DNA from: Rhizobiaceae bacterium | GTDB lineage: Bacteria > Pseudomonadota > Alphaproteobacteria > Rhizobiales > Rhizobiaceae | DNA length: 64,000 nucleotides | Direction: 5' to 3' | Assembly: GCA_029212415.1 (NCBI GenBank) | Contig: JARGOF010000008.1 | Span: 87,521 to 151,520 of the forward strand | Shown here: positions 31,115-40,164 of the stretch, one piece after another | Numbering within the stretch: position 1 is the stretch's first letter | Layout: each line of letters starts with the position of its first letter | Program-made: the position numbers and the translations under genes | Notes under the pieces: model-generated | Told to the model about the DNA's origin: nothing | The model's database searches: none | The model's input: the letters and a program-made list of their open reading frames with translations, nothing else

Positions 31115-31441
31115 TCAATCCAAAGCGATCTTTTTCTCGGTATCGTAAACCTTGCCATCATCACCGGTCCAGACGAACCGGAATGTGCCCGCCTCCATCA
31201 CCTTTGCGGTGAATTCGAAATAGGGATTTGCCGAGATCGCCGGATCAATGTCACACGAGAACACTGGCGTACCATTAAAAAAGCACTCGAACTTGTTGAT
31301 GATATTACGCGGGATTACGTTTCCCTCTTTGTCCTTGCGCTGACCAGACTCCATATTGTGACTGATCAGGGTCTTGATGGTGATAACCTCACCGGCAGAC
31401 GCAGACTTGGGAACTTTAACGCGGGGTTTTGCTGTTGCCAT
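31115..31441 (-). CDS. soxZ: Sulfur carrier subunit SoxZ
   Basis: KTLISHNMESGQRKD, SANPYFEF. Confidence 0.96.
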   Translation of the reverse strand: MATAKPRVKVPKSASAGEVITIKTLISHNMESGQRKDKEGNVIPRNIINKFECFFNGTPVFSCDIDPAISANPYFEFTAKVMEAGTFRFVWTGDDGKVYDTEKKIALD

Positions 31442-31462
31442 TTTCAATTTCCTCCGAGGCCG

Positions 31463-31918
31463 TTAGCCGCCACAACCGCCGATGGTCACTTTGACCTCGC
31501 GCTTGTCGATATACACTTTTCCGGTGCTGGTTTTGGCAACTGCCACAACGTTCTGGGTCTTCGCCAGCCGCATGCGGGTTGTTGCAGATGCTTCACCGCT
31601 CATGGGCGTAAAGTTGAAAACCACAACTTCCGGATTTGGATTGCCTTCAGCATAGATCGCCACGGATTCCACGTAGTCATCAGCCGTCATAGGACTTTCA
31701 ACGCTTACAGAAACGGGAACGGTATTGCCATTTTCGGCGATCTCCGGTGCCTTCAACGTCATCATTCCGCTTTGGGGTTCCGCCCCTCCACTGAACGCCT
31801 GCACAGCAGCACTGGTATCTTCCGCATTTGCAAGTGCCGGACCAATACGCATGCCTGCCAGCGTGAAGGCAATTGCACCCGTGGAGAATGACAGGGCTTG
31901 TCGTCTTGTCAGTTTCAT
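31463..31918 (-). CDS. soxY: Sulfur carrier protein SoxY
   Basis: Tat signal, APEIAENG, C-terminal VTIGGCGG swinging arm. Confidence 0.98.
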   Translation of the reverse strand: MKLTRRQALSFSTGAIAFTLAGMRIGPALANAEDTSAAVQAFSGGAEPQSGMMTLKAPEIAENGNTVPVSVSVESPMTADDYVESVAIYAEGNPNPEVVVFNFTPMSGEASATTRMRLAKTQNVVAVAKTSTGKVYIDKREVKVTIGGCGG

Positions 31919-31941
31919 TTCTCGATCTCCTTTAGCGATTG

Positions 31942-32403
31942 CTATTCTTTGAGCGTACCCAGATAGGCAACCACATCTTCAACATCCTGAGCGGACAATA
32001 TGGTTTTGCCCTCAAATTTTTCGGCTGTCCGAGCGCCGTTTTTTACCCGGTAGAATGAGGGCATGATGGTCTCATCACCCAATATGATTTTGGAATTCAC
32101 AACAATTGCCCGCAACTCGGGCACTTCCCAGCGGTCGGCAACACCATCAAGCGGCGGGCCGACTTCACCATGAAACAATTGCTCTTTGATTTCTGCATTG
32201 ACGTGGCAAGCAAGGCAATTGCCAAGTTTGCGGTTGACAAACACTTCCCTGCCTCTGGCAGCATCACCGGGCTCACCGGTCAATGACATCACTATTGTTT
32301 CTTCTTCAAACTTGACATCATCGGGTGCGATCGTTCCCGCCCACGCGGCTGTCGGAGCAGCAGCAAGAAACAATGCCATCATTAAATTCGATTTCAAAGA
32401 CAT
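31942..32403 (-). CDS. soxX: Cytochrome c SoxX
   Basis: GNCLACH, GEVGPPL, TIMPSF. Confidence 0.96.
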   Translation of the reverse strand: MSLKSNLMMALFLAAAPTAAWAGTIAPDDVKFEEETIVMSLTGEPGDAARGREVFVNRKLGNCLACHVNAEIKEQLFHGEVGPPLDGVADRWEVPELRAIVVNSKIILGDETIMPSFYRVKNGARTAEKFEGKTILSAQDVEDVVAYLGTLKE

Positions 32404-32500
32404 GTTGCCAGTCTCCTCCCCAATCGTGATAAAATCATTCAGGACATGTCGGCATCATACCGCACCGATTGATATGCCCTGCTCTTTTATGCGTTCTATT

Positions 32501-32557
32501 CTATGCCAGAATTCTTTAAGCAAAACAGAATTCTTTATCTATGGCAGAATTAGTTGC
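32501..32557 (+). repeat. Three imperfect 19-bp direct repeats upstream of soxX
   Basis: CAGAATT core at 32507, 32526 and 32545. Confidence 0.7.
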
Positions 32558-32653
32558 TTCTTGAAACAGCACCATTCTCGGGGGCCTGCCTCCACCAGAT
32601 TCTCAACCCTTACCCATTAACTAAGCAATAACACGCAAAAGATCAATGCATAA

Positions 32654-32669
32654 ATATGATTATTTGAAT
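32654..32669. promoter_or_regulatory. Putative SoxR operator in the soxW-soxX gap
   Basis: ATAT-gattattt-GAAT. Confidence 0.6.
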
Positions 32670-32687
32670 GTGTCCCACCAAGGTCCA

Positions 32688-33275
32688 CTATTCAGCACCA
32701 ATACGTCCCTGTTCGCGCAGTTCATTGATAATGCGTGCATGATATTTCTGAAAATGCTCGTCTCCTTCATAGGCCTCTTCGTGCACCCATCGAAACATGT
32801 TCAGGAATGTCCATTTGCCAAAGGCCCCCGGCATCTTTTCCACAGCCGCCTGACCTGCATCACCATCTCCTGGATTGGTGGTCGGCATAAACAGAATTGT
32901 CGGTGTAAAAGCCACGCCCCATTTGCGAATGGCCGCTTTCTCCGTCAGAACGTCCCCGTCCAAATCGGTCACCTCCTCGTCACCGAACATATTGTACTGA
33001 ACGACTTTGAAATTGGCCTTTATATAGTCGGCCACTTCCGGGTCACTCAAAAGAACCTCATGCATTTTTTTGCAATAGATGCAGCCCCGTTGCTCGATAA
33101 ATATCGCAAGGCGCTTGCCTTCTTCACTGGCTGATTCAATGTCTTCCGCTATGTCCTTGAATGTAATGGAAAACCAGTCCTGTTTGTGCAAACCATCCTC
33201 ACCAAGGGTTGCAGCGGTTGCCGGCATAAAGCCGAGGAGGGCAAATAAAACGGCGATGGGGAAATATCGAATCAT
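32688..33275 (-). CDS. soxW: Periplasmic thioredoxin SoxW
   Basis: Signal peptide, EQRGCIYC, FTPT; position after soxV. Confidence 0.92.
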   Translation of the reverse strand: MIRYFPIAVLFALLGFMPATAATLGEDGLHKQDWFSITFKDIAEDIESASEEGKRLAIFIEQRGCIYCKKMHEVLLSDPEVADYIKANFKVVQYNMFGDEEVTDLDGDVLTEKAAIRKWGVAFTPTILFMPTTNPGDGDAGQAAVEKMPGAFGKWTFLNMFRWVHEEAYEGDEHFQKYHARIINELREQGRIGAE

Positions 33276-33286
33276 AACAGCCTCTT

Positions 33287-34021
33287 TTATCCAATGGTTG
33301 AAAAGACGGGAAAGGTTTCGAGCAGCCATTGCGCAATGACCTGCATCCGACCAGTGATAAACAGGATCCCTGTCAGCACCAGCAACAGACCCATGATCAT
33401 CTCGATCTTGCGCATGTGCTTCTTGAATCTGTTTGCCCAGCCGATGAAACGGCTGGCGAAAGCACCGGCCAGAATGAACGGAATACCAATGCCCAGCGAA
33501 TAGGTCGCCAGCAGACCGGCGCCCTGCAAGGCCGTTCCTTCAGCGCCGGCAATAAAGAGGATCGCAGCCAGCACCGGCCCGACGCAAGGGGTCCAGCCGA
33601 AAGCAAAAGCCAGACCCATGATATAGGCGCCGAACAGCCCGGCAGGCTTTCGCTGCACGTCTACACGCGCTTCGCGATAGAGCAAGGCGATGCGGAAAAC
33701 ACCGAGGAAATGCAGCCCCATGATGATGATCAGAACGCCGGCGATTGTTCCCAATATGTCGTAATAGCGCGCCAGGGATTGACCAATGACACTGGCCGTT
33801 GCGCCCAATGCCACAAAAACCGTCGTGAAACCGGCAACGAACATGATTGACGACCACAATATTCGCCGGGCAACGGCGCTGCCAGCATTGTCGTCGGTCA
33901 ATTCGTGGAAACTGGTACCCGCCAGATAGGCAAGATAGGGCGGAACAATGGGCAATACGCAGGGAGACACAAATGATAAAAGTCCGGCAATAAACGCCGC
34001 TCCAAAGCCGATGTCCAACAC
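33287..34021 (-). CDS. soxV: CcdA-like membrane thiol-disulfide protein SoxV
   Basis: SFVSPCVLP and GWTPCVGP; GTG start. Confidence 0.93.
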   Translation of the reverse strand: MLDIGFGAAFIAGLLSFVSPCVLPIVPPYLAYLAGTSFHELTDDNAGSAVARRILWSSIMFVAGFTTVFVALGATASVIGQSLARYYDILGTIAGVLIIIMGLHFLGVFRIALLYREARVDVQRKPAGLFGAYIMGLAFAFGWTPCVGPVLAAILFIAGAEGTALQGAGLLATYSLGIGIPFILAGAFASRFIGWANRFKKHMRKIEMIMGLLLVLTGILFITGRMQVIAQWLLETFPVFSTIG

Positions 34022-34156
34022 TTGAATGCCCTTTGTCTTGCATGATCAGGCCTTGCCGGATCGGATTCCCGACCTATTTTGAACGGGAGATGTTTAAATA
34101 TGCAGTTTTTCGTATATATTGCAATCATGCAAATGAAAATCGACCAACAAGATTGT

Positions 34157-34525
34157 ATGCTGATGCCAAAAAATGCCAGACAGATATTCACTTTGGCAGG
34201 GTTGTTTTTCCTTGTATTAACGCCAGTCACCTGGAGCGCAGAACTGGTGATGTTGGAACGTGTCGGATGTGTCTGGTGCATGCGATGGGATGAGGAAGTC
34301 GGTCCGATCTATCCAAAAACGGAGGAATCCAAAACTGCACCGCTTCGCCGGGTCGACATTGACGAACCATGGCCCGATGATCTTGTCAATATTGCCAAGG
34401 ATCAGTTCACGCCGACGTTTATTCTGGTAGACAATGGCAAGGAAATCGGTCGCATGCGCGGCTATGCCGGCGACGAGTTTTTCTGGGTGTTGCTGGATGA
34501 AATGCTGGGCAAGCTTCCATTGTAG
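34157..34525 (+). CDS. soxS: Thioredoxin-like SoxS
   Basis: GCVWC, FTPTF, GYAG..FFW; divergent from soxV; start inferred. Confidence 0.88.
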   Translation: MLMPKNARQIFTLAGLFFLVLTPVTWSAELVMLERVGCVWCMRWDEEVGPIYPKTEESKTAPLRRVDIDEPWPDDLVNIAKDQFTPTFILVDNGKEIGRMRGYAGDEFFWVLLDEMLGKLPL

Positions 34526-34560
34526 ATTGCCTTTGAAAAAATTGCGCCCTACTGGATAAA

Positions 34561-34594
34561 ATATATGAATTGATATATATATTTCGCATTGAAT
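34561..34594. promoter_or_regulatory. Tandem putative operators upstream of soxR
   Basis: ATAT-atgaattg-ATAT (34561-76) and ATAT-ttcgcatt-GAAT (34579-94). Confidence 0.55.
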
Positions 34595-34637
34595 TGGCTG
34601 CATATAGTCGAACAACAATCTACTTACGGATCCTGGC

Positions 34638-34976
34638 ATGTCACTTCCAAAACTCAAAGCAAACATGAACGCCGATGACGTCAAGGATTTGCTTGCACAG
34701 GCCCGCAAAGCCAGCGAACTTTTAAAAGCGCTGTCGCACGAAACGCGCCTGTTGATTCTGTGTATCCTTTCCGAAGGCGAGAAATCGGTCTCTGACCTTG
34801 AGGACATATTGTCCATGCCGCAGGCAACGGTCTCACAGCAGCTTGCAAGGCTGCGTTTCGACCGCCTTGTCACTGCCAGACGCGACGGGCGCATGATCTA
34901 TTACACGATTGCCGACAAGGAAGTGTCTTCCGTCGTCGAGACACTTTACGAATTGTTCTGCACACCGGTTCGTTGA
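34638..34976 (+). CDS. soxR: ArsR/BigR/SqrR-type persulfide-sensing repressor SoxR
   Basis: LKALSHETRLLILC, QATVSQQLARLR, C-terminal LFC; two Cys in the BigR-like positions. Confidence 0.92.
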   Translation: MSLPKLKANMNADDVKDLLAQARKASELLKALSHETRLLILCILSEGEKSVSDLEDILSMPQATVSQQLARLRFDRLVTARRDGRMIYYTIADKEVSSVVETLYELFCTPVR

Positions 34977-35061
34977 ACAGGGCAAAATGCCCGCTTGCTT
35001 TCCCCTGGTATCGTCGTCAGACTGACGGGTTCACAGATCAGCCCTGGAGGAGAAACTGATC

Positions 35062-36150
35062 TTGCTTGAGAACCCACTGGGTTTGCCATTGGCTGGTCTG
35101 ATCATCGGCTGCGTGATGGGTTACGTGGCCCGACGCAATCATTTTTGCACGATGTCATCCCTCGAAAGATATTGGTATGCTGGCGACAGCCACGGACTCA
35201 GGTCCTGGGTGCTCGCTGCGGGCGTTGCACTGATAGCAACTCAGTCGCTGATGGCGGCCAATCTGATTGACGTATCAGGCAGCTTTTATCTGACAAGCCC
35301 TCTTCCCCTTGCCGGTAGTATCGTCGGTGGATTGATGTTCGGATTCGGCATGGCTCTGGTCGGGACCTGCGGGTTTGGCGCCCTGGTCCGTCTGGGTGGT
35401 GGGAGTTTACGCGCTTTCATAGTCCTGGGCGCCATGGCTGTATCTGCGCTGGCAGCCAGCCGCGGCGTGATTGGCCATCTCCGGCAGGCTGCCATTGATC
35501 CGTTTTCCGTCGATCTTTCGTCCATTGGAGGCCAATCGATTGGGGCCATCATCAGCACGCTCACGGGTCTTGATTTGACTGGCGCATCGGCAATCATCCT
35601 CACCCTGCTCCTGGTATGGTGGGTATTCAAGAATCCCGGTTTTCGTGGTGACTACGGGAAAATTGTTGCCGGTTGCGTGATTGGCCTGTGTATCGCAGCC
35701 GGCTGGTTGATCACATCCCTTTACAGTCAAATCCTGTTCGTGCCGGTTCAATTGCAGGCCGGTTCCTTTGTCGCCCCTCTCGCTGACACGATGATGCAGA
35801 TCGTGGCCGTTACCAATGAATTGCCCGATTATGGCGTCGGGCTTGTGGTGGGTGTGTTGGTCGGCGCCGCTCTGGCGGCCTGGCAGGCGGATGATGTACG
35901 CTGGGAGGCCTGCGATGATGCGCGTGAACTGGGGCGCCACCTGCTTGGCGCATTCCTCATGGGGACCGGCGGTATTTTTGCGCTCGGCTGCACAATCGGT
36001 CAGGGCGTCAGCGCTGTCTCCCTTATGGCCATTTCGGCACCCATCGTCATGGCGAGCATTGCATTGGGCGCGCGCATGGGACTGGGCGTGATCGTTGAGG
36101 GCTCTGCCTTCGATTTTCTCTTTAGCCGCAAACAAAGCCCCGCAGAATAG
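35062..36150 (+). CDS. soxT: YeeE/YedE protein SoxT (copy 2)
   Basis: NHFC, GTCGFG, WEACDD, GCTIGQG; directly after soxR; TTG start. Confidence 0.88.
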   Translation: MLENPLGLPLAGLIIGCVMGYVARRNHFCTMSSLERYWYAGDSHGLRSWVLAAGVALIATQSLMAANLIDVSGSFYLTSPLPLAGSIVGGLMFGFGMALVGTCGFGALVRLGGGSLRAFIVLGAMAVSALAASRGVIGHLRQAAIDPFSVDLSSIGGQSIGAIISTLTGLDLTGASAIILTLLLVWWVFKNPGFRGDYGKIVAGCVIGLCIAAGWLITSLYSQILFVPVQLQAGSFVAPLADTMMQIVAVTNELPDYGVGLVVGVLVGAALAAWQADDVRWEACDDARELGRHLLGAFLMGTGGIFALGCTIGQGVSAVSLMAISAPIVMASIALGARMGLGVIVEGSAFDFLFSRKQSPAE

Positions 36151-36193
36151 CCTGCTTATACCAAAGGTCGATGATTTTGACCCATCTTTGGCA

Positions 36194-37114
36194 TCACCCC
36201 GCAACAAATCGGTAGGCTGCATCCTTGCGCTCAACAAAGCCAATTCCCGAATTCGGCAAATGAAAACCGACGATATGCATCCTGTCGGCTGCCATGCGAT
36301 CCATGATCTGACGCCGGGTCGCAATGGCCTGATTGGTATCCTGATCCGAATTGCTTGGCCAATCAGGTTTTTCAAATGAAACAAGACCTGTCACAACGTC
36401 ACCTAGAACCATCATGCTCTGCGAGCCATCATGGATTGCAAATGATGTGTGGCCGGGCGTATGGCCTCTTGTATCCACGGCCTCGACACCGGGCACGATC
36501 TCGTCGCCGAAATTGAACAGCTGGATACGATCTTCAAGCACGGCCATGCGGTTCTGCGCGCCGATCACAAAACTCTTGCGGGCCTCGGGTGTTTTCTCGA
36601 GCGTGTCATCGGCGCGCCAGTAGTCCCACTCCGCACGGCCCATATGATAGTTTGCATCGGGAAAAATCACTTCGTCAAAGTCATCCAGCAGGCCCCAGAT
36701 ATGGTCAGGATGCGCGTGTGTGAACACAACGTCGGTGACTGCGCCGGGATCGATGCCGGCAGCGTCCAGACTGTCTGTCAACCGTCCGGCAGTGGGCATG
36801 AAGTTCGGGCCTGCGCCCACATCGAAGACCACAAGACGGTCACCATCGCGCAACACGGTGATATTGCAGTCCGGCTCAAGTCGATCCGTCGGCAGATCGT
36901 TGGCTTTCAGAATTGCCACCAATTCTTCCTGAGGAACATCGGGAAAGGAAAAACTCAGCGGCAGAACAAGATTGCCGTCACTCAGAGTGTTGATGGTCTT
37001 GGTCCCCAATGCGACCGTTGATGTTGGCGAAGCCTGCGCCTGGCGTAGGTTCAACAGACCGGCGCTCAGCATGGCGGCGCCTGAAAAAAGAATGTCACGA
37101 CGGTTCATGCGCAT
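36194..37114 (-). CDS. Tat-exported metallo-beta-lactamase-fold hydrolase
   Basis: MNRRDIL Tat signal, THAHPDH, GHTPGH, GD, GFH. Confidence 0.88.
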   Translation of the reverse strand: MRMNRRDILFSGAAMLSAGLLNLRQAQASPTSTVALGTKTINTLSDGNLVLPLSFSFPDVPQEELVAILKANDLPTDRLEPDCNITVLRDGDRLVVFDVGAGPNFMPTAGRLTDSLDAAGIDPGAVTDVVFTHAHPDHIWGLLDDFDEVIFPDANYHMGRAEWDYWRADDTLEKTPEARKSFVIGAQNRMAVLEDRIQLFNFGDEIVPGVEAVDTRGHTPGHTSFAIHDGSQSMMVLGDVVTGLVSFEKPDWPSNSDQDTNQAIATRRQIMDRMAADRMHIVGFHLPNSGIGFVERKDAAYRFVAG

Positions 37115-37195
37115 AGCTTTGATCCTTGTGTTTGAGAGAACGACCATGCTCCCCCGGGGAAGAAATCCTTCCCTCTACGAGCGTTTCCACGATAC

Positions 37196-37211
37196 ATATG
37201 ATTTACTATAT
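37196..37211. promoter_or_regulatory. Putative operator upstream of the Tat MBL gene
   Basis: ATAT-gatttact-ATAT; first 8 nt identical to the 32654 site. Confidence 0.45.
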
Positions 37212-37388
37212 ATTTCAAGCAAGATGCCGTATGACGTGACGGGCGTCAAGTTCGCATACGCCGGAGTCTGGACTGGTCGGTTGAAACACGCCTGGTTTGT
37301 GTTTGCGCCCTTCCCGCGCATTTTTGCGCATAACTCCGTTGGCACCGAAGCGGCCAAACAGGAAATCATCAATCCCCAGCAAAAACAT

Positions 37389-37422
37389 ATTCCGAATATT
37401 GCATATTAGCATTTGCGAATAT
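37389..37422. promoter_or_regulatory. Tandem putative operators upstream of the DUF2892-PDO operon
   Basis: ATTC-cgaatatt-GCAT and near-palindrome ATATTAGCA-TT-TGCGAATAT. Confidence 0.55.
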
Positions 37423-37454
37423 ATATAGAGTTATACGGAACTTAATTTGGAGAC

Positions 37455-37682
37455 ATGAAGATGACCAAGAAAGCGAATGTGGGGTCGATTGATCGCATCT
37501 TGCGGATGATTATCGGAGTCTTGCTCATCGCAGCGCCCTTTGTTTTTCAGGCGCAATTGCAAGATCAGACGATCATCTCTTACGCCATCCCGGTGGTGGG
37601 CATTGTTCTGATTGCTACAGCTCTTTTTCAATTTTGTCCGATCTATCGCCTTTTCGGCGCCAGCACTTGCAAGGTAAACTGA
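37455..37682 (+). CDS. DUF2892 (YgaP-like) small membrane protein
   Basis: NVGSIDRILR, FCPIY..FG.STC. Confidence 0.88.
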   Translation: MKMTKKANVGSIDRILRMIIGVLLIAAPFVFQAQLQDQTIISYAIPVVGIVLIATALFQFCPIYRLFGASTCKVN

Positions 37683-37683
37683 C

Positions 37684-38112
37684 ATGACCACCGAATTCAC
37701 ACCCTATATGTCGCTGGGTGGCGGCATTCTGATTGGCCTGGCTGCCACGCTTTTGATGGTGTTTAATGGCCGCATCGCCGGAATGACCGGCATTCTTGGC
37801 GGCATTCTGCCGCCGGTTTCGTCGGACTGGCCCTGGCGCGCTGCTTTTCTGGCCGGCGCCATCATCGCTCCTATGATCTATGTGATGAGCGGCAATACAA
37901 TCGGATTTTCCGTTCCGATCTCAACGGGCGCCCTTGTCATCGGTGGCCTTATCGTTGGTGTGGGTGTCATGTTCGGCTCAGGCTGCACCAGTGGTCATGG
38001 GGTTTGCGGCATGGCCCGCCTGTCTCCCCGCTCCATCGCTGCAACGGTGGTCTTCATGGTTTCCACCGGCATCACAGTCTTTGTTGTTCGCCATATCTTT
38101 GGGGGAATTTGA
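37684..38112 (+). CDS. Half-size YeeE/YedE protein (PmpB-like)
   Basis: GRIAGMTG, SGCTSGHGVCG. Confidence 0.9.
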   Translation: MTTEFTPYMSLGGGILIGLAATLLMVFNGRIAGMTGILGGILPPVSSDWPWRAAFLAGAIIAPMIYVMSGNTIGFSVPISTGALVIGGLIVGVGVMFGSGCTSGHGVCGMARLSPRSIAATVVFMVSTGITVFVVRHIFGGI

Positions 38113-38115
38113 ACC

Positions 38116-38550
38116 ATGCGCATCCTGTCAGCACTCGTTATCGGCATGATTTTTGGCATCGGCATTGCAATCTCCGGCATGGCAAACCCGGCGAAAGTTC
38201 TGAATTTTTTCGACATTGCCGGATCCTGGGATCCCAGCCTGATTTTCGTCATGGGCGGCGCCCTGATAACAACAGCAATCGGTTATCGGTTGGTTTTCGG
38301 CACACGCAGCACACCGCTTTTTGAAGGCGCCTTTGTGGTTCCAGGCAACAGGATCATTGACCGGCGGCTTGTGCTGGGATCCGCAACATTCGGAATTGGC
38401 TGGGGAATTTCCGGCTTTTGCCCGGGTGGCGCAATCCCGGCATTGGGGCTCGGCTATTCCGAGACCTTCATATTTGTCGGCGCCATGATCGGTGGAATGG
38501 TGCTGGCGCGTGGCATCGACACAGCCGTTTTCAAAACAGCAAAAGCATAA
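38116..38550 (+). CDS. Half-size YeeE/YedE partner (PmpA-like)
   Basis: SGMANPAKV, WDPSL, GFCPG. Confidence 0.9.
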   Translation: MRILSALVIGMIFGIGIAISGMANPAKVLNFFDIAGSWDPSLIFVMGGALITTAIGYRLVFGTRSTPLFEGAFVVPGNRIIDRRLVLGSATFGIGWGISGFCPGGAIPALGLGYSETFIFVGAMIGGMVLARGIDTAVFKTAKA

Positions 38551-38563
38551 TGAGGAGATGGAA

Positions 38564-39445
38564 ATGACACATCATGTTGACCTGTCCGTCAAACCGGACG
38601 TAAAGGCCTTTTTTGATCCGGCCACCAATACCATCAGCTATGTGGTGAAGGATCCGGCGAGCCAGTCCTGTGCCGTGATTGATTCCGTCATGGACATCGA
38701 CTACGCGGCCGGTCGGATCACCTATGACCATGCCGATGAAATCATCAACTACATTCAGGCCAATGATCTCAAGCTTGAATGGATCATTGAAACGCATGTA
38801 CATGCCGATCATCTGTCTGCCGCGCCCTACATACAGAGCAAACTTGGTGGCAAGATCGGCATCGGCGAGCAAATTCTTGTGGTTCAGGACACATTCGGAA
38901 AGATCTTCAATGAAGGCACAGAGTTCCAGCGTGACGGCTCGCAATTCGATGCTTTGTTCAAGGATGGTGATACCTACAAGATAGGCAATCTGGAGGTATT
39001 CGTCATAGCGACCCCTGGCCATACACCGGCTTGCATGTCTCACGTCATAGGCGATGCTGCTTTTGTGGGTGATACTTTGTTCATGCCAGACGGAGGTTCC
39101 GCACGGGCTGACTTTCCCGGTGGTGATGCCGGCACGCTTTACGACTCAATCCAGAAAATCCTCGCCCTGCCGGAGGAAACACGCCTGTTCATGTGCCACG
39201 ACTACGGACCGAACGGCAGGGACATTCGATGGGAAACCAGTGTTGGCGAGCAAAAGGCGCACAATATTCATGTGGGCAACGGCAGGACCAGAGAAGAATT
39301 TGTCAAATCTCGCACGGAACGTGACGCAACGCTTGCCATGCCAAAGCTGATTATCCCGTCGCTGCAGGTCAACATGCGTGGTGGCACAGTGCCAACCGAT
39401 GAGGACGGCAAGCCTTTGCTCAAAATACCGGTCAACGCCCTTTAG
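38564..39445 (+). CDS. Persulfide dioxygenase (MBL fold, Blh/SdoA-type)
   Basis: ETHVHADH, TPGHTPAC, GDTLF, MCHDY; GAGGAG before ATG 38564. Confidence 0.93.
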   Translation: MTHHVDLSVKPDVKAFFDPATNTISYVVKDPASQSCAVIDSVMDIDYAAGRITYDHADEIINYIQANDLKLEWIIETHVHADHLSAAPYIQSKLGGKIGIGEQILVVQDTFGKIFNEGTEFQRDGSQFDALFKDGDTYKIGNLEVFVIATPGHTPACMSHVIGDAAFVGDTLFMPDGGSARADFPGGDAGTLYDSIQKILALPEETRLFMCHDYGPNGRDIRWETSVGEQKAHNIHVGNGRTREEFVKSRTERDATLAMPKLIIPSLQVNMRGGTVPTDEDGKPLLKIPVNAL

Positions 39446-39570
39446 ATCGACCGTTGTTTCCAAATACAAAAACGTGACACCATCATGGCGCGTGCGGGTC
39501 TTCCAAGACCGGGCTTCAGCCAGGGCAAGAAACGCACGGGCCACATGGACGAAAGACAGGAAGAACTTTA

Positions 39571-39993
39571 ATGGATATCCGCCCCATCACCAAAAAATTG
39601 GCTGTCAGCCCGCAAATTCTCGCCAGCGATGTCGGCTATATTGCAGACATCGGCTTCCGATCGATCATCTGCAATCGACCGGATGGCGAAAGTCCGGACC
39701 AGCCGAGTTTTTCAGAGATTGAGGCGGCCGCCAAAAAAGCAGGACTTGAGGTCAGATATCTGCCTATCGTGGCCGGGCAGATGCAGCCCGGTGATCCGGC
39801 TGACTTTGCTGCGGCATTGACCGAAATGCCCGGTCCGGTGCTCGCCTATTGCAGAACCGGAACCCGCTCCGCTACGCTGTGGGCACTCATGCAGGGTGCA
39901 CAGGGCCAGTCAGTGTCCGATGTTCTGGAAGCCACCAAACAGGCAGGTTACGACATGACGGACGTCATGCGTCGCTTTGCAACGGCGGGATGA
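39571..39993 (+). CDS. DUF442/TIGR01244 sulfurtransferase domain protein
   Basis: SPQI, CNRPDGE, AYCRTGTRS. Confidence 0.9.
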   Translation: MDIRPITKKLAVSPQILASDVGYIADIGFRSIICNRPDGESPDQPSFSEIEAAAKKAGLEVRYLPIVAGQMQPGDPADFAAALTEMPGPVLAYCRTGTRSATLWALMQGAQGQSVSDVLEATKQAGYDMTDVMRRFATAG

Positions 39994-40038
39994 ACCCGTG
40001 TTTTGGGCACCCGCGTTCTGTAGATTCTGATGAAACGT

Positions 40039-40082
40039 AAAATCGGCAGCCTTGCAAACAACAAGGCAGGCTGCCTGATTTT
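40039..40082 (+). terminator. Inverted repeat between the DUF442 gene and sulP
   Basis: AAAATCGGCAGCCT ... AGGCTGCCTGATTTT. Confidence 0.5.
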
Positions 40083-40164
40083 CCGAACCTGTTGTGGCAG
40101 CAGACCAGTGTGCCTCGCATCACACGTCCGCAGCCATCCTGAATGACCCGAGAGAAGAACCACA

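Noticed and set aside
32501-32557. CRISPR interpretation of the 19-bp repeats
   Set aside because: Contiguous, degenerate, no spacers and no cas genes
34098-34134. Operator copy in the soxV-soxS gap
   Set aside because: AT-rich with only partial matches (ATGC-N8-GTAT); not listed as a feature although a site is expected there
37175-37412. Two 65-aa ORFs in the MBL/DUF2892 divergent gap
   Set aside because: They overlap the operator-like motifs and lack an RBS or known motifs; better explained as promoter DNA
39995-40030. PVFW in a shifted frame as an SQR C-terminal remnant
   Set aside because: Four residues are too few to distinguish from chance
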